DNA of 64,000 bases from an uncultured bacterium (GTDB taxonomy: Bacteria > Actinomycetota > Acidimicrobiia > Spongiisociales > UBA4744), in contig CAWHCO010000006.1 in the NCBI GenBank assembly GCA_963827865.1, positions 196,579 to 260,578 on the forward strand, read 5' to 3'. This document shows positions 23,721-33,291 of this stretch, one piece after another. Under the pieces are notes generated by a model that was given only the letters and a program-made list of their open reading frames with translations, ran no database searches and was not told the DNA's origin. Made by a program: the position numbers and the translations under genes. Each line of letters begins with the position of its first letter. Within the stretch, counting starts at the first letter, position 1.

Positions 23721-26700
23721 ATGAAGCGACTCCTCGCGCTGCTTGCGGCCGTGGGGATCATCGCCGCGGCGTGCACTCCGCCCGAGGCCGGGACGACGAC
23801 AACGAGCGCTGCGACCACGACGTCGAGTGCCGCGACCACGACGACCTCCGAACCGCTCGACCCCAACGGGTTCTACCTGATGCTGTTGTGGCACCAGCAT
23901 CAGCCGCTCTATCCGAAGGATGCTGACGGGATCGTCACCCGTCCGTGGGTGCGGGTCCACGCGACCAAGGACTACTACGACATGGCCGCTCTCTCCGAGG
24001 AGTTCCCCGGCGTCCAGGTGAGCTTCAACCTGACTCCGGTCCTCCTGCTGCAACTCGAGGAGCTGGTCAACGGCACGAAGGACCGCTACTGGGTGATGAC
24101 CGAAGTCCCGGCCGGCCAGCTCGACGACTCTCAGAAGCAGTATCTGCTCGATCGGTTCTTCGACACGAACCCGAGGGTCATCGCCACCTACCCTCGCTAT
24201 CAGGAGCTGGCGGACAAGCGGACCGCGGGCGGGCCTTTCACGACCGACGACTACCGGGACCTCCAGCTTCTGTTCAACCTCGCTTGGATCGACCCGGACT
24301 TCCTCGCGCAGGAGCCCCTCGCGTCGCTCGTCGCCAAGGGGAGCGGGTTCAGCGAAGAGGACAAGACCACCGTCCTCGACGAGCAGATGAAGATCATCGG
24401 GGCGGTGATCCCCGAGTACACGAAGCTGTGGAACGAAGGGCGCATCGAGGTCACGACCACGCCGTTCGCGCACCCGATCCTGCCGTTGCTCGTCGACTCG
24501 AACCTCGCGCAGGTCGGTGATCCGGCAGGGATCCCGCCGAAGCACCGGTTTATCGCGATCGCCGACGCCGAGGAGCAGGTGCGGCGTGGCCTCGACGTAG
24601 CCGAGCGTCTGCTCGGGCACCGGCCGACCGGGATGTGGCCCGGCGAAGGGGCGGTCGCTCAGCTCGCCATGCCGCTGTTCCAGTCACAAGGCGTCCAGTA
24701 CGTGGCCACCGGAGAGACCGTGCTCGCCCCGTCGCTCGGTATCGGCACGTTCACCAGGAATGCCGAAGGGACCGTTCAGGAGGCGGACGAGCTGTACCGT
24801 CCGTGGAACGCCATGCTGAAGGACCCTCCGCCGGTCGCCATGTTCTTCAGGGATCAGGTGCTGTCGGACCAGATCGGATTCCAGTACTCCGGCACGTCGG
24901 CGGAGGACGCGGTCGCCGACTTCATGGGCCGCCTCCAGAACGCGAAGGATCAACTCGCAGTGGAGGGTGCAACCGGACCGCACGTCGTGTCGGTGATCCT
25001 CGACGGGGAGAACGCGTGGGAGAACTACCCGAACGACGGCAAGGACTTCCTGCGGGGCCTCTACGGTGCCCTTCAGGACGCACACTGGGTGAAGACCGTC
25101 ACACCGAGCGAGTACCTGGCGGCGTTCGGCGGCACACTCGAAGGGCTCACCAGCGTCTACCCGGGAGCGTGGTTCTCCTCCAACTACGCGACGTGGATCG
25201 GTGAACAGGAGGAGGCCGACGCGTGGGACTACCTGTGGCAGGCTCATCACGACTACGTCGCCGCGGAGCAGTCCGGGACGGTGCCACAGGACGCCCTGGA
25301 CGCCGCCTACGAGAAGCTGCTGTTCGCAGAGGGATCAGACTGGTTCTGGTGGTTCGGGTCCGACCAGTCGAGCGGCGACGACCTGTACTTCGGGGGTGCG
25401 TTCCGGGAGTTGATCGGGCAGATGTACGACGCGTTGGGTGAGCCGCGTCCCGAGTATGTGGGTGTCCCGATCATCCCAGAGACGCCCGTGTTCGCCGACC
25501 CGTCGCCCGACGGGTTGCTGTCGGTGCGCATCGACGGGTCGTTCGGCGACTGGGACGGCTCAGGTGTGTTCGCCGGCGACATGACGCTGCGGTACGGGTT
25601 CGACAAGACGAACCTCTACGTGCGGGTCGACCTGCCGGACACGAGCACACCGTTCCAGATGTACCTTGCTACGCCTGCCGCCGACAACCGTCGGGGAGCG
25701 TCGCTCGACGGTTCGCTGCTCGGGTTCGGTGCGAACGTCCTGTTTCGGTGGGATCCGGCCGACCCGAAGCACGCGTCGCTCGCCACGTCACTGCCGCCGC
25801 TCGGCTCCGAGGAGGCGCCCGAGAGCGAGACGCTGCCGGCGGGCGCCAAGGGGTCGTCGGTCGAAGTCGCCATTCCTCTGGAGCAGCTCGGCACCCTTCA
25901 GGTGGGGGACACGGTCCTCGCGAGGGTCCTGCGGGACGACACGCTCACACCTTCAGGCCCGGCCGCCCTCCAGGTGCCCGATATCTCGGATGTCGAGCCG
26001 GTCGTCGATGTGGACGACCCGGTCGGTGACGATCACGGGCCGGGCATGTACACCTATCCGCTCGACCCGGTGTTCATCCCCGGCTCGTACGACATCACGC
26101 ATTTCCAGGTGGGCACGTCCGGTGAGGATCTCGTGTTCACGTTCGACGTGGACGCGCCCGTCTACAACGCGTGGGGGAGCCCCAACGGGCTGTCGATCCA
26201 GACGTTCGACGTGTACATCGACAAGGACCACGGCGCAGGCACCGGTGCGAGGGAACTGATCGACGGTCGGAACGCGTCACTCCCCGAGGGAGACGGCTGG
26301 GAGTACGGCGTCACGATCGAAGGCTGGTACCCGGCCATCTACGTCGCTCAACCGGACGGAACGACGGAGGAGACGACGCCAACGTTCAAGGTGATCGTCA
26401 TCGGCGACAAGGGACGGGTGATTGTGCGCGTGCCCCAGGTGTTGTTCGGCGACGGTGACCCTGCCGGCTGGGGCTACGCGGCGATGGTCTTCAGCCAGGA
26501 AGGGTATCCGGCGCCGGGTGTCCGCAGGGTCCGGAATGTCGACCCCGAGGCCGCCCAGTGGCGGATCGGCGGTGGTGCGGACGACGTCAACCACACGAGG
26601 ATCCTCGACCTGGTGTGGCCGGACGCCGGCGTCCAGGAGCAGATGCTGTCCGACTACCCGCCCGCGACGGGTGTGTCGGTCGATGAGCTGGGACCGGACG

Positions 26701-26735
26701 ACTTCGGCAAGGTGCCGCTGCTGGCGGCGAACTAG
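23721..26735 (+). CDS. glycoside hydrolase family 57 alpha-glucan-active enzyme, lipoprotein, with a glucodextranase-like C-terminal domain
   Basis: In frame with ORF 23694..26735. ATG 23721 gives the signal/lipobox MKRLLALLAAVGIIAAAC. The GH57-type N-terminus is LMLLWHQHQPLYPKD..RPWVRVHATKDYYDM..SFNLTPVLLLQLEE. The C-terminal region is DPVGDDHGPGMYTYPLDPVFIPGSYDITHFQV. Confidence 0.8.
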   Translation: MKRLLALLAAVGIIAAACTPPEAGTTTTSAATTTSSAATTTTSEPLDPNGFYLMLLWHQHQPLYPKDADGIVTRPWVRVHATKDYYDMAALSEEFPGVQVSFNLTPVLLLQLEELVNGTKDRYWVMTEVPAGQLDDSQKQYLLDRFFDTNPRVIATYPRYQELADKRTAGGPFTTDDYRDLQLLFNLAWIDPDFLAQEPLASLVAKGSGFSEEDKTTVLDEQMKIIGAVIPEYTKLWNEGRIEVTTTPFAHPILPLLVDSNLAQVGDPAGIPPKHRFIAIADAEEQVRRGLDVAERLLGHRPTGMWPGEGAVAQLAMPLFQSQGVQYVATGETVLAPSLGIGTFTRNAEGTVQEADELYRPWNAMLKDPPPVAMFFRDQVLSDQIGFQYSGTSAEDAVADFMGRLQNAKDQLAVEGATGPHVVSVILDGENAWENYPNDGKDFLRGLYGALQDAHWVKTVTPSEYLAAFGGTLEGLTSVYPGAWFSSNYATWIGEQEEADAWDYLWQAHHDYVAAEQSGTVPQDALDAAYEKLLFAEGSDWFWWFGSDQSSGDDLYFGGAFRELIGQMYDALGEPRPEYVGVPIIPETPVFADPSPDGLLSVRIDGSFGDWDGSGVFAGDMTLRYGFDKTNLYVRVDLPDTSTPFQMYLATPAADNRRGASLDGSLLGFGANVLFRWDPADPKHASLATSLPPLGSEEAPESETLPAGAKGSSVEVAIPLEQLGTLQVGDTVLARVLRDDTLTPSGPAALQVPDISDVEPVVDVDDPVGDDHGPGMYTYPLDPVFIPGSYDITHFQVGTSGEDLVFTFDVDAPVYNAWGSPNGLSIQTFDVYIDKDHGAGTGARELIDGRNASLPEGDGWEYGVTIEGWYPAIYVAQPDGTTEETTPTFKVIVIGDKGRVIVRVPQVLFGDGDPAGWGYAAMVFSQEGYPAPGVRRVRNVDPEAAQWRIGGGADDVNHTRILDLVWPDAGVQEQMLSDYPPATGVSVDELGPDDFGKVPLLAAN

Positions 26736-26738
26736 CCG

Positions 26739-27182
26739 CTAGTCCTCTTCCATCCGGGCGGCGATCGCGTCGATCTGTTCGGCGAAGCCGTTGCCTACTG
26801 CCATGGAGATGATCGGAAACACCACGAGGGACAGGAGTCCCTTTGGGTGCATCTTCAGGGAGGCGGTCATGTAGGTCCCACCCGGGTTGCTCGGGCTGAG
26901 TTCCACGGAGATCGTGCCGAGCACTTCCGACGTGTCGATCGTGACCGCCATGAGCGTAGGCTCGTGGGCGTCGTGGGTGTGGGCGATCCCCTCGTAGGCT
27001 CTTCCTGCCGTCCTCACCGTGAACTTGTAGTCGCGCAGCGCGCCGTTGGGGAAGTGGTGGGCGTCGTAGACACGTTCGACCCCTGCGATCAGACCCCATG
27101 TCTCCGGGTCCTGGAGCACCTCCCACGCGTGCGTGAGGTCAGCATCTACCTTGACGCCGTGGGTGAACCGGTCGGGTGACAT
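26739..27182 (-). CDS. SRPBCC (START/polyketide-cyclase-like) family protein
   Basis: In frame with ORF 26739..27251. ATG 27182 gives MSPDRFTHGVKVDADLTHAWEVLQDPETW. The size (147 aa) and beta-rich pattern fit the SRPBCC fold. Confidence 0.5.
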   Translation of the reverse strand: MSPDRFTHGVKVDADLTHAWEVLQDPETWGLIAGVERVYDAHHFPNGALRDYKFTVRTAGRAYEGIAHTHDAHEPTLMAVTIDTSEVLGTISVELSPSNPGGTYMTASLKMHPKGLLSLVVFPIISMAVGNGFAEQIDAIAARMEED

Positions 27183-27385
27183 CGTCTGGCAGGGTAGCAA
27201 CCCGCCTTTCCTGTCAGGGTGACCGTCGCTATGCGGGGCTGAGATTGACAAGAACCGGAGGTGTGTCGTTTCTGGAGGCGATGGCGAGCTTCATCGGCGT
27301 GGTGGTATCGGTGCGTGGCGCTACCGGGAATGGCCCGGTACTCGCGGTCGAACGCGGCGAGAACTGCGTTACCCTTTTTCGCCTC

Positions 27386-28984
27386 ATGCTGATCGCACGC
27401 GACCTCGGGATCGAGGTGGGGGACCGGACGCTCCTCGTCGACGGGTCGTTCACCCTGCACCCCGGCGACAAGGTGGGTCTCGTCGGCGCCAACGGTGCCG
27501 GCAAGACCACGCTGATGCGCGTCCTCGTCGGCTACCTCGCACCCAATGACGGAACGGTGCTGCGGTCCGGCAACCTCGGGTACTTCTCCCAGGAGGCTGC
27601 CCTGCCCGACCTCGAACGTCCCGACATGACCGCCCTCGAACGTGTCCTTGCTGCGAGAGGCATCGGAGCGCTCCTACGCCGCATCGAAGAGGCACGGCGC
27701 AAGGTCGAACGCTTCGATGGGGAGAAACGCGACCGGGCGATCCACAACATGGCCCGTCTCCAGGACCAGTTCGACGCCGCAGGCGGGTACGTCGCCGAAG
27801 CGGAAGCCAAACAGACCGCAGCGGCCGTCGGGATCGGCAACGACCAGCTCGACCAGCCGGTCGCCACCATGTCCGGCGGCCAGCGCAGAAGGGTCGAGCT
27901 GGCACGGATCCTGTTCGCCGAAACCGACATCATGCTCCTCGACGAACCCACCAACCACCTCGACCTCGACGCCAAAGCATGGCTCATGGACTACCTCGCC
28001 GCCTACCGGGGGGCACTCATGGTCGTCAGCCACGACCTGCCGCTACTCGACGAGGCGATCACCGAGGTCCTGTCGCTCGAAGGGGGCATCCTCGAACCGT
28101 ACCGAGGCAACTACAGCTACTTCCTCGCCGAACGGGAACGGCGGCGGACCCAACGGCTCCGGGAACGCAAACAGCAGGAACGCAAGATCGCCCGCCTCGA
28201 AGAAACCATCAGGCGTTTCAAAGGCACCACCGAGAAGATGGCCCAGGTGGCGCGCAGCATGGAAACCCGTGTCGCCAGGATGCGACTCGACCTCGTCGAG
28301 ATCCGGGTCGAAGGCAAACGCGTCGCTGTCGAGTTCCCACAGCCGATCCCGTCCGGACGGACCCCGCTCACCGGGACGGGACTCACCAAGTCCTACGGCG
28401 ACAACCTCGTGTTCCTCGACGTCGACGTCGACACCAACAGGGGAGAGCGACTGTTGATCATGGGGCTCAACGGCGCCGGCAAGACCACCTTGCTGCGCAT
28501 CCTCGCCGGCGTCGAGGAGGCCGACATGGGCGAGGTCACTCTCGGGTACCGGGCGTCGATCGGGTACTACGCGCAGGAACACGAACAGATCCTGCCGGGC
28601 GTTCAGGTGCTCGACCATCTGCGGGCCGTGTCCAGCCAACCCGACAGGACCTTGCGGACCCTGCTCGGGCATTTCCTCCTCGCCGGCAAGGTCGACCAGG
28701 ACGCCGGCACTCTGTCCGGCGGCGAGAAGACCAAGCTGGCGCTCTGCCAGCTCGTCGCTGAAGCACCCAACGTGCTGCTGCTCGACGAACCGACCAACAA
28801 CCTCGATCCGCAAGCCAAGGATGCGCTCCTCGCCGCGTTGCAGCGCTACGAAGGCACGGTCATCCTGGTGAGCCACGACACCGACTTCGTCGCCAGGCTC
28901 GCACCCGAACGCGTGATGCTGATGCCCGAAGGCGACACGGCGTTCTACGACGAGTCGATGCTCGAGCTGGTGGCGTTGGCGTAG
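27386..28984 (+). CDS. ABC-F family ATPase (no membrane domain; translation-factor type)
   Basis: In frame with ORF 27176..28984. ATG 27386. Two ABC cassettes: GANGAGKTT...MSGGQRRRVELARIL...LLDEPTNHLD and GLNGAGKTT...LSGGEKTKLALCQL..LLLDEPTNNLD. A charged linker (ERERRRTQRLRERKQQERKIARLEE) joins them. Confidence 0.9.
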   Translation: MLIARDLGIEVGDRTLLVDGSFTLHPGDKVGLVGANGAGKTTLMRVLVGYLAPNDGTVLRSGNLGYFSQEAALPDLERPDMTALERVLAARGIGALLRRIEEARRKVERFDGEKRDRAIHNMARLQDQFDAAGGYVAEAEAKQTAAAVGIGNDQLDQPVATMSGGQRRRVELARILFAETDIMLLDEPTNHLDLDAKAWLMDYLAAYRGALMVVSHDLPLLDEAITEVLSLEGGILEPYRGNYSYFLAERERRRTQRLRERKQQERKIARLEETIRRFKGTTEKMAQVARSMETRVARMRLDLVEIRVEGKRVAVEFPQPIPSGRTPLTGTGLTKSYGDNLVFLDVDVDTNRGERLLIMGLNGAGKTTLLRILAGVEEADMGEVTLGYRASIGYYAQEHEQILPGVQVLDHLRAVSSQPDRTLRTLLGHFLLAGKVDQDAGTLSGGEKTKLALCQLVAEAPNVLLLDEPTNNLDPQAKDALLAALQRYEGTVILVSHDTDFVARLAPERVMLMPEGDTAFYDESMLELVALA

Positions 28985-28998
28985 GAGCCGGCTGCGCG

Positions 28999-29278
28999 AG
29001 CAGCTGACAGCGGACAGCCGACAGCCAGAGCGCGGCCGGGAACAACGCGAGGCGTCAGGGCGACCTCCTACCGAGAACCCAGAACCGAGAACTCAGAACC
29101 GACGGGCGAAGCCTGTCACCCGTTTCCTCCCCTCGGGGGGCCGCAGCCGAGTGTTGGGGGAGGTGGCGTCGAGCTGATGCTCGACGCCGGAGGGGGTGGT
29201 TCTCACCAACGAAGCCACAAGAAGCCCCCTACCCCAGCGGCTGCGCCGGCGGTTTTCGATTCTCAGTTCTCAGTCACG
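28999..29278. repeat. heptad arrays + Q module + P fragment downstream of the ABC-F gene
   Basis: GCTGACA/GCGGACA/GCCGACA heptads at 29003-29030. GAGAACC/CAGAACC/GAGAACT/CAGAACC at 29073-29100. Q (forward, inner hairpin GTCGAGC-TGAT-GCTCGAC) at 29122-29210. Reverse P fragment CCCCCTACCCCAGCGGCTGCGCCGGCGG at about 29224-29251. AGTTCTC heptads at 29258-29278. Confidence 0.8.
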
Positions 29279-29359
29279 GGTAAGAGCGCGGCCGGGGTTG
29301 GTTCGAGACTGCGGCGCGCGTCGAGAGAGACCCGTGAAGGCCCCTCCCGACTGCTGTCA

Positions 29360-30202
29360 CTAGCCGTTCAGGGCCGTGACCGTATCGTGCGTCAGAAGTT
29401 CCACCCGACCGCCTGGGCCGTACCGAACGAGCCGCAACGTCGACATCGTCTCGAAGGAACTGCCCGTGTAGGTGATCTCCTCGGGGATGGCGATCGTGTA
29501 GTAGGTGGTGTCACCTACCTCGGTCTTCATGACCGCGGGGCGGCCCGTCTGGGTAGCCGTCCATTCCTGCTCGGGGCCGTTGTTCACCAATTCCTCGAGG
29601 GACGCTCCCCTGAACTCACCCTGATAGGACGTGAACACGCCCACCATGGCGGCCGCAGTCGCACCGTCACCGGTGTTCCACGCAGCGTGGTAGTCGTCCA
29701 ACACCGCCTGAACGTCCGTAGGAATCGTCGATCCCGGCGGTGCGACGAGCAGCCACACGATGGCGGCAAGCGCCAGCACCAGCGCCACTGCGAGCACGAT
29801 CACCAGCCAGCGCCTTGTTGTCTTCATCTCTGGTGGTGAGATTCTCTCGATGGTTTCCATTCTCTCCCCTTTCTTTCTGAGGATGGCGACGCTCCCTGCG
29901 ACGACCATCAGTGCTACGACGACACCGATCAGGGTCGGCAGTGCCCATGCTGCGGAGGTCGCCACCGAGATCATCGAGTGCCAGAACGACTGGATGGGCT
30001 GGGGACCCAAGCGCACGAGCCAGTGGGCCGCGACGACCGAGCCGACACCGATCGTGACGGCTGCGGCACCCGTAGCCGCTGCCCACACCGGTCGGCTGAG
30101 GCGCTGTCGGCGCACCCGTGCTTGTGATAGAACGTCTTGCACGCTGACCCGTTCGACGACGTCGTCGAAGTAGTCACGCAGTTGGGTCTGAAGCTCAGAC
30201 AT
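29360..30202 (-). CDS. putative anti-sigma factor: multi-pass membrane protein with NTF2/SnoaL-like C-terminal domain
   Basis: In frame with ORF 29360..30253. ATG 30202 overlaps the sigma-factor stop by 8 nt (ATGTCTGA). Three hydrophobic segments. The C-terminus has VLDDYHAAWNTGDGATAAAMV. Confidence 0.6.
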   Translation of the reverse strand: MSELQTQLRDYFDDVVERVSVQDVLSQARVRRQRLSRPVWAAATGAAAVTIGVGSVVAAHWLVRLGPQPIQSFWHSMISVATSAAWALPTLIGVVVALMVVAGSVAILRKKGERMETIERISPPEMKTTRRWLVIVLAVALVLALAAIVWLLVAPPGSTIPTDVQAVLDDYHAAWNTGDGATAAAMVGVFTSYQGEFRGASLEELVNNGPEQEWTATQTGRPAVMKTEVGDTTYYTIAIPEEITYTGSSFETMSTLRLVRYGPGGRVELLTHDTVTALNG

Positions 30203-30662
30203 CGACCTGCACCTCCATTGCCGCTCGGAGCCGGGCGAGTGCACGCTCGACATGGGTGCGTACCGTGGCTCTGGACACGCCCATCAGCTCCGCCGCTTCA
30301 CGCTCGGACCAGCCAATTGCGTGTACGAGCACGACCGCCACGCGCTGGTTCTTGGTGAGGGACTCCAGAGCTGTCGGTAGCTTCGGTTCGAAGCCGAACT
30401 CGTCTCCTGCGACGGGAGCGGGAAATGCCACCCGCGGGCGGAAGAACCTCCTCGACTTGCTCTGACCGACCCGGTACAGGTATCCCGCCGGGTTGTCCAT
30501 GGCCCGAATCTTGGGCCAGTGCTCCCACGCGTAGACCAGCGCTTCAGATGTCGCCTCCGATCCGATCTCAGGTCCGTAGGCGGCGGCGAGTGCGTAGGAG
30601 AGCTTCGGCTCCGTCTCCTTGACGAAGCGGACGAATGCCCGTTCCTGATCCGCGTTCACCAT
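30195..30662 (-). CDS. ECF-type RNA polymerase sigma factor
   Basis: In frame with ORF 30195..30695. ATG 30662. Region 2-like DNPAGYLYRVGQSKSRRF and region 4 HTH LTKNQRVAVVLVHAIGWSEREAAELMGVSRATVRTHVERALARLR. Confidence 0.85.
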   Translation of the reverse strand: MVNADQERAFVRFVKETEPKLSYALAAAYGPEIGSEATSEALVYAWEHWPKIRAMDNPAGYLYRVGQSKSRRFFRPRVAFPAPVAGDEFGFEPKLPTALESLTKNQRVAVVLVHAIGWSEREAAELMGVSRATVRTHVERALARLRAAMEVQVDV

Positions 30663-30797
30663 CCCCTCCGGACCATGTACACCCCTAGAAACCATCGAGC
30701 GGGGCCAGTGGGCGACACGTCGAGTGTTTCACAGTCCGGGATTGGCTTCAACAGGGGATTGCTACGCGAAGGGGGAGTGATGACGTAGGCTGCCCCC

Positions 30798-31595
30798 ATG
30801 GCCGAACACGGAAGGCGGAAGCTGATCACGCTCGTCGTGACCTCGTGCATCGCCTACGCCTTCGGGTTCCTCATTGCCAGGCTCACGTACCTGCTGGGAC
30901 TCGCAGGGTTCGGATGGATCGAAGGCAGGGGACCGTTCCTGTCCCACAACCAGGTCGTGTTCAACGCCGCAGGTTCCACACTCGCCGACGCAGGCGGACT
31001 GCTCACCGTCCTCGGTCTCGGTGTCGTGCTGGCGCTGATCCTGCCGGGACCAGGCCCGCACGGTGTTGCGCGACTGACCGTGCTGTGGACGGTGCTGCAC
31101 GTGTTCGTGTTCGCACTTCAGATCATCCTCGTCGCCCCGTTCCAGAGCACAGGGGTCGGCGCCACCCTCGCCGGCTACGTCCACCTGCCGGACACGTTCC
31201 TGTGGATCCTCGCCGGTGTCGCGGCAGCCGCCATCATCGGCTTGGGGTTCATCGCAGGGCCGTTCTTTCTCACGTTCACCCCAGGACGAGCGCACGACGA
31301 AGATCGCCCGGCCCGGCTGCAATTGGCGTTGCTGATCATCGCCGTGCCGTGGCTGGTGGGTAGCATCATCGCCGCGGCAGCTCTTCTACCGTTCGAGGGG
31401 CTGTACCTGTCGATGGGACTCACTGCCGTTCTGGCCGCTATCTCGATCGTGACGATGGCGTCGTCGTCGCTGGGCCAGAGGTGGGATGCCACGAAACCGA
31501 CCCTTCCGATCGTGCCTGGCGTGTTCCTGGTGGCGCTGGTCTGGTTGTTCGGGTTCGCGCTCCGGCCCGGCATCGATATCTCGCCCTGGGGATAG
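30798..31595 (+). CDS. hypothetical polytopic membrane protein
   Basis: ORF 30798..31595. About 7-8 hydrophobic segments. No recognisable family motif. Confidence 0.5.
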   Translation: MAEHGRRKLITLVVTSCIAYAFGFLIARLTYLLGLAGFGWIEGRGPFLSHNQVVFNAAGSTLADAGGLLTVLGLGVVLALILPGPGPHGVARLTVLWTVLHVFVFALQIILVAPFQSTGVGATLAGYVHLPDTFLWILAGVAAAAIIGLGFIAGPFFLTFTPGRAHDEDRPARLQLALLIIAVPWLVGSIIAAAALLPFEGLYLSMGLTAVLAAISIVTMASSSLGQRWDATKPTLPIVPGVFLVALVWLFGFALRPGIDISPWG

Positions 31596-31637
31596 TTCCG
31601 ACTCTCGTCACTACGTACATCGTCCTGCCGGCAGTGA

Positions 31638-32144
31638 TCAGAGTGAGCGCCCGAGTCGCTCCAGCCACCCGGCCGCAACCGACGCGAACGGCTCCCGGTT
31701 CGCTTCCACCGCCAGCACCACCTCCGCCGTCGACGCTCTCGCCGTGTCGATCAGCCGCTCCGGGTACGAAAAGCGCACCTGATGGTCCAGGAACTCGTCC
31801 TCGTCGAGGACCTCCACCGTCCCGTCCTGGTAGCGCACCACGTCGAGATCGAGGTCCAGCATCGTCACCCGATCCTCCGACTCCCACACAGGCGGTGTAG
31901 CGATGTCCACGTACACCTCGTACTCGTCCTCGGTTCCGTTGTAGATCAGACTCCACCAGCGGTCCGGTGTGATCAACTGCACGGCATCACGGCCGATCGT
32001 CCGGGCCGGTTCGTGGCCGCGCTGCACGGTCGCCGAGGACGCGATGCCCAGCCACACGCCGAACTCGTCTCTGCCGAGACGGACAGTGTCGTGACGCCAG
32101 TGAAGCTGGTCGGGGTACTTGAAGTACTGGACGGTGACGGACAT
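31638..32144 (-). CDS. DUF402-family protein (nucleoside di/triphosphatase-like fold)
   Basis: ORF 31638..32144. FKYPDQLHWRHD..LGRDEFGVWLG..YVDIATPP..VTMLDLDLDVV..DGTVEVLDEDEF pattern. Confidence 0.65.
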   Translation of the reverse strand: MSVTVQYFKYPDQLHWRHDTVRLGRDEFGVWLGIASSATVQRGHEPARTIGRDAVQLITPDRWWSLIYNGTEDEYEVYVDIATPPVWESEDRVTMLDLDLDVVRYQDGTVEVLDEDEFLDHQVRFSYPERLIDTARASTAEVVLAVEANREPFASVAAGWLERLGRSL

Positions 32145-32190
32145 GGAAGCGGCAGACTAGCGGCGCGTACCAGTCTCGTCACTGCTAGCC

Positions 32191-32904
32191 GTGCATATTC
32201 CTGCCGGCATTGACGAGAGTAGATTCCCGGGGGTGAACCCGCTCGCCGACCTCGTCACGGCCGATCTCACGGCACGTGCCGACCCCGACAGAGCAGCGGA
32301 CATGGCCGCGTACATGAAGACCACGATGCCGTTCTACGGCGTCCAGGCAGGCGAACGGCGACAGATCCTTCGCCAAGCCCGGCGCCGGTTCCCGATCGAC
32401 TCGAGCGATGGGTACCGGGACACGGTGATCGCTCTGTGGGAGCGGCCCCACCGCGAAGAGAAGTACAGCGCCGTCGACCTCGCTGTCGACGAGAAGCGGT
32501 GGATCTCCATCGACCACCTGGACCTGTACCGGCGGTTGATCGTCGAGGGTGCCTGGTGGGACTTCGTCGATCTCGTCGCCGCCAAGCTGATCGGCCGGCT
32601 CCTCCTCGACGAGCCTGATCGCCTGTGGCCGATCCTCGACCGCTGGATCGACGGCGACGACATGTGGCTGCGCCGTACTGCCATCCTCGCCCAGCTCAAA
32701 CACAAGGACGCGACGAACGCCGACAAGCTGTTTGGGTACTGCCTGCGCCGTGCAGGCGAGACCGAGTTCTTCATCCGCAAGGCGATCGGGTGGGCACTCA
32801 GGGAGTACGCCAAAACCGACCGTGACGCCGTGCGAGGCTTCCTGGCCGATCACGGCGGGGAGCTGTCACCCCTGAGCTACCGGGAAGCGTCCAAGCATCT
32901 GTAG
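32191..32904 (+). CDS. DNA alkylation repair protein (AlkD-like HEAT-repeat family)
   Basis: ORF 32191..32904. ADPDRAADMAAYMKTTMPFYGV, WWDFVD, RRTAILAQL, FFIRKAIGWALREYAKTD. Confidence 0.7.
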   Translation: MHIPAGIDESRFPGVNPLADLVTADLTARADPDRAADMAAYMKTTMPFYGVQAGERRQILRQARRRFPIDSSDGYRDTVIALWERPHREEKYSAVDLAVDEKRWISIDHLDLYRRLIVEGAWWDFVDLVAAKLIGRLLLDEPDRLWPILDRWIDGDDMWLRRTAILAQLKHKDATNADKLFGYCLRRAGETEFFIRKAIGWALREYAKTDRDAVRGFLADHGGELSPLSYREASKHL

Positions 32905-32907
32905 GAG

Positions 32908-33018
32908 GTACGGCCCCCTCCGGCGTCGAGCATCAGCTCGACGCCACCTCCCCCAACAACCAGAAGCCCCTCCGTCCTCGGCTGCGCCTCGGCCGGCGGC
33001 CTCGCGAGGGGAGGAAAC
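32908..33018. repeat. Q-type module (reverse orientation, with insertion)
   Basis: GGCCCCCTCCGGCGTCGAGCATCAGCTCGACGCCACCTCCCCCAACAA...CCTCGCGAGGGGAGGAAAC. The inner hairpin is of the GTCGAGC/GCTCGAC subtype. Confidence 0.75.
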
Positions 33019-33072
33019 AAGAAGCCCCTCTGTCGTCGGCGTAGTCTCGATGTCGAGGGGAAGGAGGGTTTG

Positions 33073-33237
33073 GTGAGAACAGACACCATCATGCTTGTTG
33101 GCGGGCTGGTGATCGCACTCGTGGCCGCGCTGCTGCTGTTCCTGGGTGTCATCGAGTCGGGTCCGGCCGCGCTCGTCGGGATCGTGGGCATCGGTCTGAT
33201 CGGCGGGTCGGTGCCGCTTCGAAACGCTCGCTCCTGA
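33073..33237 (+). CDS. candidate 54-aa membrane peptide (too short for the ORF track)
   Basis: My translation from GTG 33073 gives VRTDTIMLVGGLVIALVAALLLFLGVIESGPAALVGIVGIGLIGGSVPLRNARS, stop TGA 33235-33237. AAGGAGGG lies at 33061-33068. Two hydrophobic helices. Q repeats flank it on both sides. Confidence 0.4.
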   Translation: MRTDTIMLVGGLVIALVAALLLFLGVIESGPAALVGIVGIGLIGGSVPLRNARS

Positions 33238-33291
33238 CGTTCCGGCGGTTCGGAATCGACGCTGCGGCCTGATCGCGCCGACGGACCATGG

